Shown here piece by piece: positions 23,791 to 37,689 of a DNA stretch of 64,000 nt (position 1 is its first letter; each line of letters starts with the position of its first letter). The stretch comes from Mustelus asterias (lineage: Eukaryota), in assembly GCF_964213995.1 (NCBI RefSeq), contig NC_135808.1:39866001-39930000 (forward strand), read 5' to 3'. The position numbers and the translations under genes are program-made. The notes below the pieces were generated by a model. It did not search any database. It was not told the origin of the DNA and was given only the letters and a program-made list of their open reading frames with translations.

Positions 23791-24235
23791 CACCATATTG
23801 GAACTCCTGGTACAATTTGTTGAGTTTTTGTTTCTAATAATATATTTTATGTTTTTAATAATTCTTCTGATTCTAATGATAAATCGTATAACATCGCTGT
23901 TGACCTTGTTCAAATCATGTAAGAGGTAAGTGTTCGTGTGATGTACTGACCAAACAGAAATGGGTGAAAGAATGATTGATTAATTTAATCAAAGAGGAGA
24001 TAAGGGAAGAAAGGGACTTTCCAACAATTACTTCGACTGGTGAACGAAATTTCGAGGGATTGTTTAGCTAATAAATGCAGAGACAGTCTAATGATTATTG
24101 AAACAAATCAAGGCAGAAAGAAAGTGTTGGAGGTGAGGACATATCAACTAATCAAGTGAGTATTAATGAGCAAAGAACAAGGAACAGTACAGCAAGGTAA
24201 AGACCCTTCGGCCCACCAAGCCTGTGCCCTCACAG

Positions 24236-24497
24236 ATCATAGAATCCCTACAGTACAGAAAGAGGCCATTCGGCCCATCGAGTCTGCACCGACCACAATA
24301 CCACCCAGGCCCTACCCCCATATCCCTATATATTTTACCCACTAATCCCTCTAACCTACGCATCTCAGGACAGTAAGGGGCAATTTTAGCATGGCCAATC
24401 AACCTAACCCGCACATCTTTGGATTGTGGGAGGAACCCGGAGCACCCGGAGGAAACCCACGCAGACACGAGGAGAATGTGCAAACTCCACACAGACA
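24236..24497 (-). mobile_element. HE1-like V-SINE (5'-truncated) inserted in a CR1 3' fragment (about 24170-24582)
   Basis: V-domain GGGTTTCCTCCGGGTGCTCCGG and a CR1-type tail GGGATTCTATG on the minus strand. Confidence 0.9.
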
Positions 24498-25794
24498 TAG
24501 AGATGCCTCTCTAATCTAATAATTTATTGTCTTTATGTGCTCTATATCCCTTTGCTCCCTGCTTATTCTTGTATCTATCCAGAAAAGAACATGTAATGTT
24601 GAAATATGGCCAAATATATTTTGGAATGGCTCACAGACTTTAATGAAGGAACATGAAAGGCTTAGATTTGAGGCCACCGAAGAAGCAGGCATCGAAGAAT
24701 CTGGAAAATAGTGGAGAACCAAGTCATTGCCTGCGCTTCAATGTCAAAGGAATCAGGAATCTGAGCCTGCAATTGATTGCGACTGTTTTTTAAGTATTGT
24801 ATTAGAACTGAATCAGACTCATTTAATCCACGTTACTGGTGCTCTACCTGCACTTGGGTCACGCTCTAGGCTATAGCAATCTTTACAAATTCCCTGCACC
24901 CTTGATCCAGAAATTACCCAATCGATCACAATACAATCTAAATCTATGAACAATGCTATCTTTCTCGCTGTGTCTGACTTTGTGCTTTCCTTTGGACCTT
25001 TGCATATAGATACGCAAGAGAACAGACTTATTGAAGCAATGTGTATTTTGGCTGAATCTAGGTAAATGCCATGGAGGTTAAACTAGTTTTCGCAGGATCA
25101 CACTATGTGCAAGAACAAACAGATAATTTGCTTTAATATATTGCTTGAGGTTGTGCAGCTTTACCACAAGTATATCTGCACCCTGTTACAGAATTGTATA
25201 TGCTCCAGTGGTTTTGTTGTCTTTAAGCTGCGAGGTTGCTTTTTCAACTTCTGTCCCCAACTGGGGTAGTTCTGAGATTTAATGGGACAGGGTATTGAGG
25301 ATTGGAGTTGAGGGCATTTGATGGAAGTCAGAATTTTGGTTGATGCGTTCTTTGAAATGTTCTCTCCAGTGATCACTGACTCTCTCCATTTCCTTGATAC
25401 GCCCACCCACATTATTGTCTCTCTGTGGGTGGTCCATTGAGTGCTGAAGCCATCTGCGGACTTAACAGTGATAAAGAAAATCGCCGCTGACGATGTTTTT
25501 CATGACTTGTTGGAACTACTGCATTTATTCCATGCACTATTGATTCTTTGCGATGTGGCTTTTACGCTCTATCGCTGAATTCAGCTCCTGCGGAGCTGCA
25601 GTTTTTCCCTTGAGCTGTGGTGCAGTTTCCAGTCAATTTAAATCTCCAGATTTATGTTCGTTCGTGCTCATGTTCGTCTATCCGTGACCGTTTGCTACTA
25701 TCCATTGCTCTCTCTCTGCTCTAAGTGCTCAGTCCTGCTGATTGAGTTCCCCGAATTCCAACTGTGATGGCATTTTAACAACAACGTTTTCAAG

Positions 25795-25885
25795 ATTAAT
25801 CATTAGTGTCACAAGTCGGCTTACATTAACTCTGCAAAGAGGTTACTGTGAAAATCCCCTAGTCGCCAGACTCTGGCGCCTGTAG
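25795..25885 (-). mobile_element. SINE 3' tail fragment (same tail as 888-1160)
   Basis: TTAGTGTCACAAGT..TTACTGTGAAAATCCCCTAGTCGCCA. Confidence 0.75.
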
Positions 25886-26239
25886 TCAAGTCAACTGTCA
25901 GTATAAACAATCTCTCTCTGATGATTCAAAGTCCATCTATTGACCTACCTGTTGAGCTCTGATAAAGGTGTGGAAAAGGCTTAGTTGCATATATTCTCTC
26001 ACATCTGGCTTCCGATTCCTGGACATCAACGGGATAGACTATTTTTCTGCATTGGAACACTCCAGAGAATAGTAAGACTCTGCTTCTCTCTCTGTTAGAC
26101 TTTTTATTAATCATTTCCGATTCAAGAACCCTTGGAAAAACTGATTGTATATCATCTTTCAAACTTGGTTTCAAATTCCTGCGCTCTTCTCGTCCTCAAG
26201 GGACCTCATGGTTCTGAATCTCAACAGACGTAACTGTGA

Positions 26240-28410
26240 TGTTATGGGACATGAATTGTGAATGACGGATTAGAAAGCATTACTGAAAGGAAGGACAGTG
26301 GACAGGCAATGGCAGACATTCAAGGAATGAATCGGTGAACTCCAGAAGTTATTTCTTCCTGTTTGATACAAGAATGGAAAAGGAACTGTGACCAAACCAT
26401 GGCTTAAAAGGGAAATTAGAGATAGTATAAGCTTCAAAGAAGAAGCATACAAATTGGTAAGAAAAAACAATAACTGGAGGATTGGGAGCAGGTTAAAAGT
26501 CAGCAAAGGACGACAAAGGGATTGATCTAGAAGTGGAAAATAGAGAATGGAAGTAGAGCGTGAAAGTAAGCTGTCAGGGAACATAAAAGCTGGCTGCATT
26601 GTTGTAGATATGTACAGGGAAAGAAAGATTGACAAAACAAATGAAGCTACCTTACAGTCAGAAACTGGAGAATTCCTTACTGGGAGCAAAGAAATGGCTG
26701 ACGTACTAAATTCACACTTTGGTTCTGTCTTCACAAAAGAATACGCAAATAATGTACCAGCGGTTCTGAGACAGCCAAATTTTAGCAAGGGGCTGAAGGA
26801 ACTCAGTATTAGTAGAGAAATGGTTTTGGGGAAATTGATGAGATTGAAGTTGGATAAATCTCGACGGTCCAATAATCTTCATCCCAGATTATTTAATGAA
26901 GTGGCTCTGGAAATTTTAGATAATTTGGTGGTCACTTTTCAAAACTCTTTGGAGTCTGTAATGCTTCCTACAGATTGGAGGGTAGCTCGTATAAGCCAAT
27001 ATTTAAAAAGGGAGGTAGAGAGAAAACGGTGAACAATAGAGCGAGCCCAACGTCGGTACTGGGAAAGTTGCTAGACTCCATTATCAAGGATTTCGTACTT
27101 CAGCATTTGGAAAGCAGTGGTATAATCAGACAAAATCAGCATGGATTTACAGCAGGCAAATCATGCTTGATAAGTTTATTGGAATTCTTTGAGGATGCAA
27201 CTAGCAAAGTTGACCAAGGAGAACCAGTGGATGTGAGTTATTTAGACATTCAGAAGGCTTTCGACAAGGTCTCGCAGAACAGATTACTATATGAAGTTAA
27301 AGTGCATGGGATTGTGGGCAGTGTCTTCAGATGGACGCAAACCTGGTTAGCAATTAGGCAGCAAAGTGTTGGCATAAATGAGTCTTTTACCAATTGGAAG
27401 GCAGTGACTATTCGGGTACCGCAGGGATCTGTGCTAGGTCCACAACTATCCATATTACATATTAACGATTTGGAAGGGGGACCTAAATGCATTACCTCCA
27501 CGTTTACAGAGGATGCAAATTTTGGTAGGGAGGTAAGCTGCGAAGAGGGTGCAGAGATAATTCAATGTGATTTGGACAGGCTGAGTGATTGGGTATATGC
27601 TTGTCAGATGGAGTATCATGTGGATAATTGTGAGGTTATCCACTTTGGTAGCAATAAGTGGAAGGCATATTATTGTTTAAATTGGTGTGAATTGAGAGAG
27701 ATGCATCAGCAAGACCTTGGTATCCTTGTGCTCAAGTCGCTGAAAGTGAGTACGTGCGCACTGCAAACAGTAAAAAAGGCCAATGGCACAGTGGCATCCA
27801 TGGAGGGAGTATTGAGTATAGGAATATGGATGTTTTACTGGAATTGTATCGGGCATTGGTGAGGCCACACCTGGGGTATTGTGTGCAGTTTTGGTGTCAT
27901 GATCTGAGGAAGGATGTCCGTTTTATAGAGAGAGTGCATCAAAGGTTTACCAGGCTGATTCCTGGGGTGGCAGTTCCGACATGTGATGAGAGATTGAATC
28001 GGTAAGTATTATGTCCATTGGAGATTAGAAGAGTGGGAGGGGAGCTCATATCAAATAATAAAATCCAAACAGGATTAGAAAGGATAGATTCAGAAAGCGT
28101 CTCCCTGATGGTCGGGAATCCAAAGTTTGAGGAGAATGGGTAAACCTTTTAGGACAGAGGTGAGAAGAAATTTCTTCAGCTGGTCAGTGATCAATCCGTG
28201 GAATTCGCTGCACACAAATTAGTTGAGAACAAATCGTGGTGCAATTTCAAGAAGAAATTAGATATAGCTCTTTGGGTGACAGTGGTCAACGTATATGGGG
28301 GAAGGCGGGTGTAGGGTATTGAATTTGATGATAAGCCATGATAAAATAATGGCGGAGCAGGCTCGAAGTGCCGAATGGCCTATTTCTGCTTCTATTTTCC
28401 ACGTTTCTAC
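26240..28410 (+). mobile_element. CR1 LINE ORF2 3' half, degraded
   Basis: RT motifs [24 protein letters not shown]; CR1 3' hairpin at about 28350-28400. Confidence 0.92.
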
Positions 28411-28499
28411 AAACCGGCTATAAAATAAGGTTTACATTATGTATCTGATAGGCTGATCATCTGATAAATTTAGCATCTGAGAGAAACCAGACTCCTGCT

Positions 28500-29300
28500 C
28501 ATTCTGTGTCTGGCTGTCTCTTCGACTAACTTTTCAGATTCAATCTGTTGCTCCCGACTTATGAGCTGAGCGAAAGACTATGAGCAGACAGAGAACGTGC
28601 CATTGTCTCACTAAATGGACTGGCCTCCAATTGACTTAGTAGCTCCTTCCCATTGAAACAAGTCTTTGCTTTTCCATTACCGTGTGGTCCGCGGAATACA
28701 GCGACCAGTTCATATAAAAAAAAGAGTTCTTCCACCAATCAAATATGTTGGCAAATTGAAACTTCAGGGCACTCTTAAAGAATCTCAACAGTGACAGATC
28801 TGAAAATCACATCACCATCATAGCTCCAGGAATCAGGGTCCTCGATGTGGACATTGCAACTCTAAGTGTGGCACGGTGTTCATCAGACAAAGTCAACTGG
28901 AAAACAAAATGGAGGGTTGTCGTTCTCTGGTCGGGCCTCAATAAGTCTTTCTCTGGGCCAAGGGCGCTTACCATGACTACCGGATTCCCCATAATATGGA
29001 CTCAGCGTGTTACTGACATCAGCGCATACCTTCCCGCATTTGAGACAACAAAACGAAATTATGAAAGGATTCTACACCGACATTTGACGACCCATACCCT
29101 GAGAATTCATAGGTGACAATTGGCTCTCGTCAGAGATTTCAGTACCAGAGCCGGAAGAACATTAATCACTGAATGGGGATGCTGGGCATGGAAGGGAATG
29201 GAATGTAAACTCCCACATTATCCTCCTCCTTCCGAATTGTCTAGAAAGAGCAACGTGCTGTTCCACCAGTGAAATAAGCTAAAAACTCAGAGCAACGATA
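28500..29300 (+). mobile_element. Very old LINE relic
   Basis: 29175-29298 is similar to 44365-44492 (GGATGCTGGGCA..AAACTCCCACA..CTCAGA.CAACGA). No usable ORF. Confidence 0.4.
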
Positions 29301-30189
29301 TATTGATTTGAACTTCCGGTCTAAACTGCCAGGTTATGTTAAGTGTCGGACATGAGCGTGGGACATCACTGAAGTCCACGCAGGCATGCGCATGTGCACT
29401 GAAAGAGCGCCAATTTTTAAAACCTCCAATCGAGGTTTTGAAAGCTGCCGGTCCTGAAGCGCTAAACTGCAATTGTACTGAAACTTCCGCCGCTTGCGCT
29501 GTTGTTAGGTAAGTTTTTGCCCTTATTTATTTGCATTTTTATATTTTGGTCTAGCTGCAGCACATGGGGGCAGCAGACATTCTTTGGGTTGGTTTTTCTT
29601 GTCGTACATGTTTTGACATATAAGTAAAGCAACGAAAGTGAAAGAATAATTTTTAAATTTATTTTACAACTTTGTCATGACAACTAATTAAAAATGTTCG
29701 TTCATATATAGCAAATTGGATGTCAATGTCTGGAATGAATTTCAGCATTTGGATTTCGCAATATATTATAAGCAGTACTTAAAAATATGTTTTAAGAGTT
29801 TCCCTGATGCAAATTTGATGCTTGTGTATCTAGGCTGGTTCAAATGCTAGGAAAGTGCATCCCTTGAGATGACATACGCAAGCCTCCTGTAATGTTCATC
29901 CCAATTTTAAGAATTGGAATGCAACGTTGATCCTTATGCAACTTGGCAAGTTCAAATGCTTTGAGAAAGCGTATCACTTAATATGACGTATACAGTCTCC
30001 TGTAAGCTGGTTTGAACTAAGTATTACAGAATTCAGTGCAGCTTGAAAATCTGGAGTCATCTTCTACCACCGCTGGGACATTGCACTTTTTCACGTGATT
30101 ATTAGCTGAAGTTCTTTTTGAGAGTTTGATGTATGCTGGAAGTGTCAGGCGACATGTAAAATCCACACCCTTCCCTCTTCCATTTTCCC

Positions 30190-31665
30190 ACTCCCCTCCT
30201 TAATAACTGTGGTCTATAGGTAAGGAAGTCTCGGATCCATTCGTGGAGGGAATAGCCGAGCACTGGGTCACGGAGTACGGAGATTAATTTTGTCGGAATA
30301 ATGGTGTTGAAGACTGAGCTGTAGGCAATTAATAGGAATCTGACATAGGTGTCTTTGATATCCAGGTGTTTCAGGGTTGAGTGTAGGGCCACAGGTCTGT
30401 TGTGCACCTGTTGTGGAGATAGGCGAAATGGTGTGGATCCAGGCAATCTGAGGGGCCTGAATTGATTCGTGCCCTGACTAACTCTTTGAAGAACTTCATG
30501 ATGATGGATGTCACAGCCACAGGACAATAGTCATTGAGGCACGGTGCTTGGCTTTTCTTTGGTAAAGGGATGATAGTCGTCTTTTTGAAACAGGTAGGGA
30601 CCTCAGATTGGTGTAAAGAGAAGTTAAAGATGTTTGCGAATATGACTGCCAGCTGGGACACACAGGGTCTGTGTGCTCATCTGGGTTCATTGGTGCCGGC
30701 GATTCTTCATGCCTTCATCTTGTAGCCTGTTATGTCTTGCAGTGCTTGTTATCGTTGGTTGGAGTCCATGTGACTAGCCTTGGACTAGCGTGGTCTGGTA
30801 CTGTGATTTGGCATCTTTGATTGATCTCCGTAGATTGTATCTGGGTTTCACGTATGGGTCAGGGTTGGCTGACTTGAAGGCCTCAGACCTGGACTTCAGC
30901 AAGCAGCGGATATCCCTGTTCATCCATGGTTTCCATTTGGGAAATCCATGGATTTGCTTCTTTGGCACACAGTCGTCTACACACTAACTAATGAAGTCAG
31001 TTTCTATAGTGGCATACTTGTTCAGATTGGTCACTGAGTTTTTAAATGTTGACCAGTCCACTGACTGGAAGCAGTACCGTCGGAGATCACCCAATTCCTG
31101 AGACCAACATTGCACGGCTCTCTTCATTGGATTCTCCTGTTTCAGGTTTTCCTTGTAAGCCAGGAGCAGGAGGACAGCCTGTGGTCTGATTTGCCAACCT
31201 GTGAGCGGGAAATAGGGCGGTCGGATATTTGTGTCGCTCTGCCCTAGAATGTTTGGCCCTATGGTGGAACAGGGGACGTGTTGGCTGTATCTTGATAGGA
31301 CATTCTTCAGCTTGGTCTAGTTGAGCTCCACAGCCATGATGAACAAGGACTCGGAATGTTTCATCTCAAGGATAGTTGTGGTGGCATATATTTCGTCCAG
31401 CATAGACTTCACGTCCCTATGGGGTGGGATGTAAACTACTGTCAGGATAACAGAGGTGAACTCCCACTGAAGTTAGTGGGTGCTTCATTTCAGCGTTAGG
31501 TATTCTCGGTCCGGGAAGCAAAAGCTCACCATAGTTCCTCTGTCTAGGCACCAAGGTTGTTAATAAGAAGGCAAACCCAACCACCTCTAATCTTGCCTGA
31601 GGCAGCTGTGCGGTCCATTGAGTGGATTCAGAAGTCATGTTGGAGGCCACAAGGTGAAGCAGAAG
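30190..31665 (-). mobile_element. Rex1/Babar-like LINE fragment (EN to RT)
   Basis: Minus-strand ORFs [56 protein letters not shown]. Confidence 0.88.
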
Positions 31666-32244
31666 TGAGCCAGCTTCGAAGTTATTCCGACTGTTTCCCA
31701 TATTTCAATCTGAGCTTTTCTCTATTTAACTCATTAGACTTGAATTATTTGCGATTCCATCACACTGTTCATTCTTTAAAATATTTGCGTTTTTAAATAT
31801 TGTAATATTTTCTTCCATTTGAACTCTGTTTCGTTGCTTATTCTGACTATCATTCTTAAATATTCTGATATTTCAGATTTCTTGCATCCAAATGTAACAC
31901 CTATTTTCTGATGAAGTTCAAAGTTTTTTTCTCCCATTTCCTATACTAATGTTTTCTCGAGCTATTCCACACTTTGCAATCTTTGGAATTAACTTATGTT
32001 CTAGGGATATTTCAGTTTTGTTTGAATCATTCTCATATTTGTCAATCTTTTTTTCTATATGTTCTGAAATGTTCCACTTTTTGAATTTAATACAATTCAA
32101 TGCACGCATATTTCACCCTTTCCAATTTAAACTGGTGCTTCTCCAATTTGACACAAGGTTCTCATGTTTGAATATTCAATGCTTCACAAATCAGTCTTGC
32201 ATTCATGGATCTTTGAATGATTATTTCTCATTTACTTACAATTT

Positions 32245-32325
32245 CAATCTTCGAAATCAACCTTCAATCAACCTTCGAAATCAATCTTTGAAATCAACCT
32301 TCGAATTCAATCTTCAATCAACGAA
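32245..32325. repeat. Short tandem repeat, ~13-bp unit CTTCGAAATCAA(C/T)
   Basis: About 6 degenerate copies immediately before the SINE. Confidence 0.8.
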
Positions 32326-32330
32326 ACAGA

Positions 32331-32660
32331 GGGCGGCACGGTTGCACAGTGGTTAGCACTGCTGCTTCACAGCTTCAGGGACCTGGGTTCGATTCCCGGC
32401 TTGGGTCACTGTCTGTATGGAGTTTGTACATTCTCCTCGTGTCTGCGTGGGTTTCCTCCGGGTGCTCCGGTTTCCTCCCACAGTCCAAAGATGTGCAGGT
32501 TAGGTTGATTGGCCATGCTAAAATTGCCCTTAGTGTCCTGGGATGCGTAGGTTAGAGGGGTTAGTGGGTAAATATATAGGGGCAGGGCCTGGGTGGGATT
32601 GTGGTCGGTGCAGACTCGATGGGTCGAATGGCCGCTTTCTGTGCTGTAGTGTTTCTAAGT
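32331..32660 (+). mobile_element. Full-length HE1-like V-SINE
   Basis: GGGCGGCACGG head, Pol III A box (TGGTTAGCACTG) and B box (GGTTCGATTCC), V-domain and CR1-type tail. Confidence 0.93.
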
Positions 32661-33589
32661 TTTCACTATTTATTCTCATGTTTCGCTCTTTAAAATTCAC
32701 TAATTCTCAGTGTTTTTCTTTCGATTATTCCCCCACGTTCCCCACATTTCCCCGCATAGTTAATTGTGAACTGATCACAGTCTCTTCTCATTTTTGATGA
32801 TTTAAATTATTCCCTCATTTTTTGTTACCAGTTCAAATTTAACATTCGCATTTGATTACTTGAGTTGACAAACAGTTCTCACATGCTCGTTTGCAATCTT
32901 TGATAATTCCACTTCGCTTTTCTTTTTTCACTGGGATTAGACAAAGTTTTGTCAACATTTTCATGTTTGAAATAATATTTCACATTTTTCTGGCATTTTC
33001 CACGATGAACCGCTCACGTATTCTTCACGTTTTCACTCATTTTTGATCAAACGTTGCTTTGTAAGTACTGTCAGGCTTTCACAACCATGAATCTGCCAAG
33101 TATTTTGAAAACGTTCTTTTCTTATTTTTTCACTGTTTGAACATTCCTCAATGGTTCTCACGTTTTGGAATCATTGAGCTCGAACGCATGTTATTTTATG
33201 TTCACTCATTGTTTCTCACGCTTTTTAAAGCATTTTTCACCATTGAATGTTCCACATTATTCCATTTTCACTTCTTGACATTTCCACACTCTGATCTCCT
33301 CACTCCTGTCTCTCCCTCAGCAGAACTTCCTTGTGCTCTTCCAATGCATTCAAAGGAGCAGAACCCGACACGGGAATCGAAGCGGGCGAGGGGCGGAGAA
33401 TGGAAAGCTCCATTGACCTCGGACGGGATTTGAGGTAACAGAATTTAAGAACATGCATTAGTTGCAGTCAGAGAAGCGAGGAAGGATTAAACCATTAAGA
33501 GTAGCTACATTATAAAATGTGGGACAGTGCATTATATCCTTTCAAATGCAGCCACAGATATTGAGGACATCAGATCGGTTACATTTAAA

Positions 33590-34500
33590 AAATCAAGAGA
33601 TATGAGCATCACTGTCAAAGCCAGCAATTTTGACAGACGTATTTGGTCTTAATAACGTAATGATGAGATGCATTCTTGAACCTTTGAATCATTCTGCTCT
33701 CCGCACACACATGGATGTGATGGAGTAAATTCCAGGATCTTGACTCCACGATAATGAACAAACAGTGATAGAGTGCAAGGCTTTGTCAATCTGTCGCTTG
33801 TAGCAGAATGTGCAACTGGTAAATCTTCACCATTTCTGATGCACATGTCCTCCCGTAGGACTGAGGGAAGGGGTAGGGACGGCGGAATTTGCGGGGGGGG
33901 GGGGGGGGGGAGGGGAGGGGGGCGGGGGGCGGGGTGGTGGTTTAGTTAGGAGGTAGAGACTGCGCGTTTGGAAAGTGTTTTCACAGAGGCTTTAAGGAGT
34001 TGCTGCAGTGCATCTTGTATATGGTACACACTTCCGAAACTATATATTGTTGATGAAGGGAGCGAATGTACAAGTTGTGGATAAGCTGTTAATTAAATTA
34101 CCTGTTTCTCCTGGATCTTGTCGAGTTTGGTGAGTGTTGCTGAAGTTGCACTCATCCGGGCAATTGCAGGGTATCAAATCGCACTCCTCACCTGCGCCCT
34201 TTCGATGTGGAGAGGGTTTGGGGAGTCAGAAGGTGAGTTACACTTGACAGATTTCCTAGCCTCTGACCTGCTCTTATAGCCAAAGTATTTATGCGGCTGG
34301 TACTGTTCAGTTTTCTGTCAATGGGGGAAGAATAGCTTCTACCTTGCTGAGTTGCTAATTTACTTGCTATTTTATGGTGAGAATATTACCCGATACTTCT
34401 AAGCCGAAGCCGGAATGTTATTCAGGTCGACTGGCTATGAAAAGATGCTGTTTCAATAATTGACAGGCTAGTTTTCGTACAGATCACGATGCAATTTTCA
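33590..34500 (-). mobile_element. Old LINE 3' relic, probably CR1/L2 group
   Basis: Degenerate GAGTTGCTGCAGTGCATCTTGTATATGGTACAC and GAGTCAGAAGGTGAGTTAC blocks that resemble old vertebrate LINE 3' ends. Confidence 0.5.
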
Positions 34501-35124
34501 GCTAAAATCCTGACTGAGTTTTATGTATTAGACTTACTCATACCGCTCGAAGCATGACTGCCCAATACATTGGACGCTTACAAGGAACACAACACAGTGA
34601 AGGAAAATACATTACATACATTCAAAAAGTCAGAACAAGTTTGAAAAACCTGCTTTCGAGGCCCTCAAAATAATATTAAGGTAATTCTGGAAAACACAAT
34701 AGATGCATTCAATGGCACCAGAGTATGTTGCAGGAACTTAGATACAAGGAAAGGAATCCAAATCTGGCCTTTTGAGCAGCGCGGATTTGTTTTTGTTTCA
34801 GATTGCAGCTGTCGGAGTGATTTGTAGATCTCCATCACTGCCCCTCACAACTTCACCTGTCAGTGTCCGAATTCTGGAATTTACTCCGTGAATATTTCTG
34901 CCTCTGCCTAATTTCCTCGATATCCGCGTTTACAACACGATCTAGGTCCATAGGGTACGAAAAAAAAATAGCTTAAACCTGATGAAAACAGAAGTTCAAT
35001 GTCAAATCAAATGGTTCATTTCAGTATACCACACCTTAGTAAAATGTGAAAGATTTCGAAACAGAGCAGGAAAGATCCGCAAAAATGGTTCTAAGGATGA
35101 GGAATTCAGAACTAAAATTCACCC

Positions 35125-35432
35125 ATAGAAACCCTATAGTGCAGAAAGAGACCATTCAGCCCATCGAGTCTGCACCGACCACAATCCCATTCAGGCCCTA
35201 TCCCCGTAATCCCTCTAAACTCCGCATCCCAGGACATTAAGGGGCAATTTAGCATGGCCAATGCACCTAACCACTTTGGACTGTGGGAGGAAACGGGGGC
35301 ACCCAAAGGAAACCCATACAGACAGGGGGAGAATCTGCAAACTCCACACAGACAGTAACCCAAGCCGGGAAACGAACCCGGGTCCCTCGAGCTGTGAGGT
35401 AGCAGTGCTCGCCATTGTGCCACCATGCCGCC
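35125..35432 (-). mobile_element. HE1-like V-SINE
   Basis: Reverse complement of 32331-32660. Confidence 0.92.
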
Positions 35433-36001
35433 CCCGATACGAAGGCGTGAAATGAGCGAATAGATAGATGGTTCCAAGGCAGGGCCAGATCAGAACTGGA
35501 AACGAATTGGTTGATATTGAGTGAGAGGTTGGAGATTGCTGCCCCCCCCCCCACCCTCGCCCCTCCTCAATGGAGTTGACTCAGAATCCTGGGAAGACCC
35601 ACATCAGGTTTTCTTCCTCATCAACGAGAACCAATTTCAATGATCTGATTGACCCATTGCAGTACAATAATCATGTTTAATCTGAACTAGATTTTAATCA
35701 TTGAAGTCTCTGGCCGATGACTTGACGGAATGACAAAATGCAAACTTCATTCGCAATATGGCAGAATTTGTATACACGTGGTCTGGGAATTATCAATGAA
35801 CGATGAAGACGTAAGCAAAAATATGGAGCCTAAATGTGGAAAGTTGCTGATCCTGAGACCAACCTGGGTCTTCGAGGCAGAAGACGTTCTTGCTATTGGG
35901 TGTTTCAAATTACAGTGGATTAATGTTAGGGTTGTATCAGTCTCCATATGTGAGAACCCCAAAGCACATAAATTGTAGAGGGATTTATTTGAGTTGGTTT
36001 A

Positions 36002-36340
36002 GGTGACACGGTAACCAGGACTGTTGCATTGCTACGCCGGGGACCTGGGTTTCGGCCCTGGGTGATGGTCTCCACGGAGTTTTCATGTTCTCCCCGTGTC
36101 TGCGTGAGAAGAACCCATCCAAGGGCTCCTGTTTTCTCCCACAGTCCAACCGATCTGCAGATTAGATGGGTTGGCCATTCTAAATTTCCCCCTAGTGCCA
36201 AAAGATATGTAAGTTAGGTCGATTGGTCTTGGGAAATGCGCGGGGCTACTGGGGTAGGCCTACTTACATGCCCCTTTGTAGAGCCGGTGCAGACTTGATG
36301 TGCCGAATGGTTTCCTTCAGATGTTTTGGAATTCTATGGT
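36002..36340 (+). mobile_element. HE1-like V-SINE, diverged
   Basis: Degenerate head, V-domain and GGTGCAGACTTGATG..GGAATTCTATG tail. Confidence 0.8.
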
Positions 36341-36694
36341 ATTTGGTTGTGGTTACACTCCCAAATACCATAGAAGTGGTGCTTCTACGCAGGGTATCAA
36401 GGGTATTTTAGCTCAAGCATGAGTAACTACCATGCATTACTGAATCAGGATAAAATGTAAGCATGTTGACCAATGTGTTTTCACTCCGGCACATTTTAGA
36501 ATTTGACAGGGTTCGGTTAGCATTAATGATCTTCAGCATCCTGAATTTTACCAGTATTGAAAATGAGCATTATAGCCTACATTCGTGATTGCAAAAACGT
36601 ACCCTGTTTTCTTTTAGAGTTGCAAGCATTTGAGGAGTTGGCAAAAGGTTAAGGCGATGGACTGCTCATTAATTGTGCTTGGTGCGAAGTTAAA

Positions 36695-36972
36695 GTTCAA
36701 CTGTGAAGTCATAAGTAAGGCTTACATTAACACCTAAATGAAGTAACTGTGGAATTCCCCTAGTAGCCACAGCCCAGCGCCTGCTCGGGTCAGCGCACCT
36801 AACCAGCACGTCTTTCAGAATGTGGGCGGAAACTGGACCACCCGGAGGAAACCCACGCAGACATCGGGAGAATGTGCAAACTCCACACAGAAAGTGACCC
36901 AAGCCGGGAATCGAACCCGGGTCCCTGGCGCTGTGGAGCTGCAGTACTAATCGCTCTGCTACCGTCCCGCCC
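36695..36972 (-). mobile_element. V-SINE with the non-CR1 tail
   Basis: Same structure as 888-1160. Confidence 0.85.
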
Positions 36973-37077
36973 CGCTTGGTTGACGGTGGTTTTCGAATAT
37001 TTAATTCATTGCTTCTTAACATTTATCCCTCGTGAATATCTCTGTCGAGTTTCTGAAATTGTTTTAACTTTGCTTCT

Positions 37078-37640
37078 TAATTCTTCCTTCCAGTCTCTCG
37101 GTATCGAGGATGACTCTCTTCCATTCGCGTTCTCAGGTGGCTGATAATTCCAATGCAAATTCTAACACTTGAGCAGATGGTGTTTGAAGTGTTGGACAAA
37201 TCGGCTCTTCGGATTTTTGTGTGCTGCGTTCAAAACTTCGACTCTTGATGAAGCCTATCGAGTGCCTTCCCGAACACATTTTCTCTATTTTCGTCAGTCA
37301 CGAACCATGGTCTTGGACGAGTCTGGCCAGACGTTTGGCCTCTTCAAGGATGTTCAGAGGACACCTGCAAAGTCTTTCCACTCTCCTCCTTGTAGTTACC
37401 TGTGGTGACTGAGTTCCGAATATAATCGTTGCTGCGAGAGTCTTGTGCCAGATAGAATAATTACTTTTTCCCGCCCCGTGGGACTGCTTTTGAGTGAGTA
37501 GCGCCTCAATCGGGGATAAGGTAGCTTGGGGAACGTCGCTTCTGTTGGACCAACTTTCTTAACCCGAAATTGGAGAAACTCGCAAAGGCAGGCTGGTGGT
37601 AATTTTCCAGTTCTTTGAGGGTTCTGCTGTAGTTTGTCCA
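37078..37640 (-). mobile_element. RTE-like LINE 3' fragment
   Basis: TTCTTCC..CAGTCTCTCGGTATCGAGGATGAC, which resembles a reversed RTE-type 3' end. Degraded. Confidence 0.55.
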
Positions 37641-37689
37641 AATCTTTGAAGTATATAAGCTTATTAGAGTTACTAAAAGGGATTATGAA

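Larger units (their letters stand above)
31700..33325. repeat. Unclassified T-rich strand-biased repeat, copy 2 (interrupted by a SINE)
   Basis: Colinear with 12900-14295. Confidence 0.65.

Noticed and set aside
26270-26872. 200-aa minus-strand ORF and similar antisense ORFs over LINEs
   Set aside because: Shadow frames of CR1 ORF2 with no independent signal.
32331-32410. tRNA gene
   Set aside because: The A and B boxes belong to a SINE head followed by the V-domain and LINE-derived tail.
34975-35000. CTGATGA as a hammerhead ribozyme core
   Set aside because: No stem II/GAAA/stem III arrangement is visible around it.
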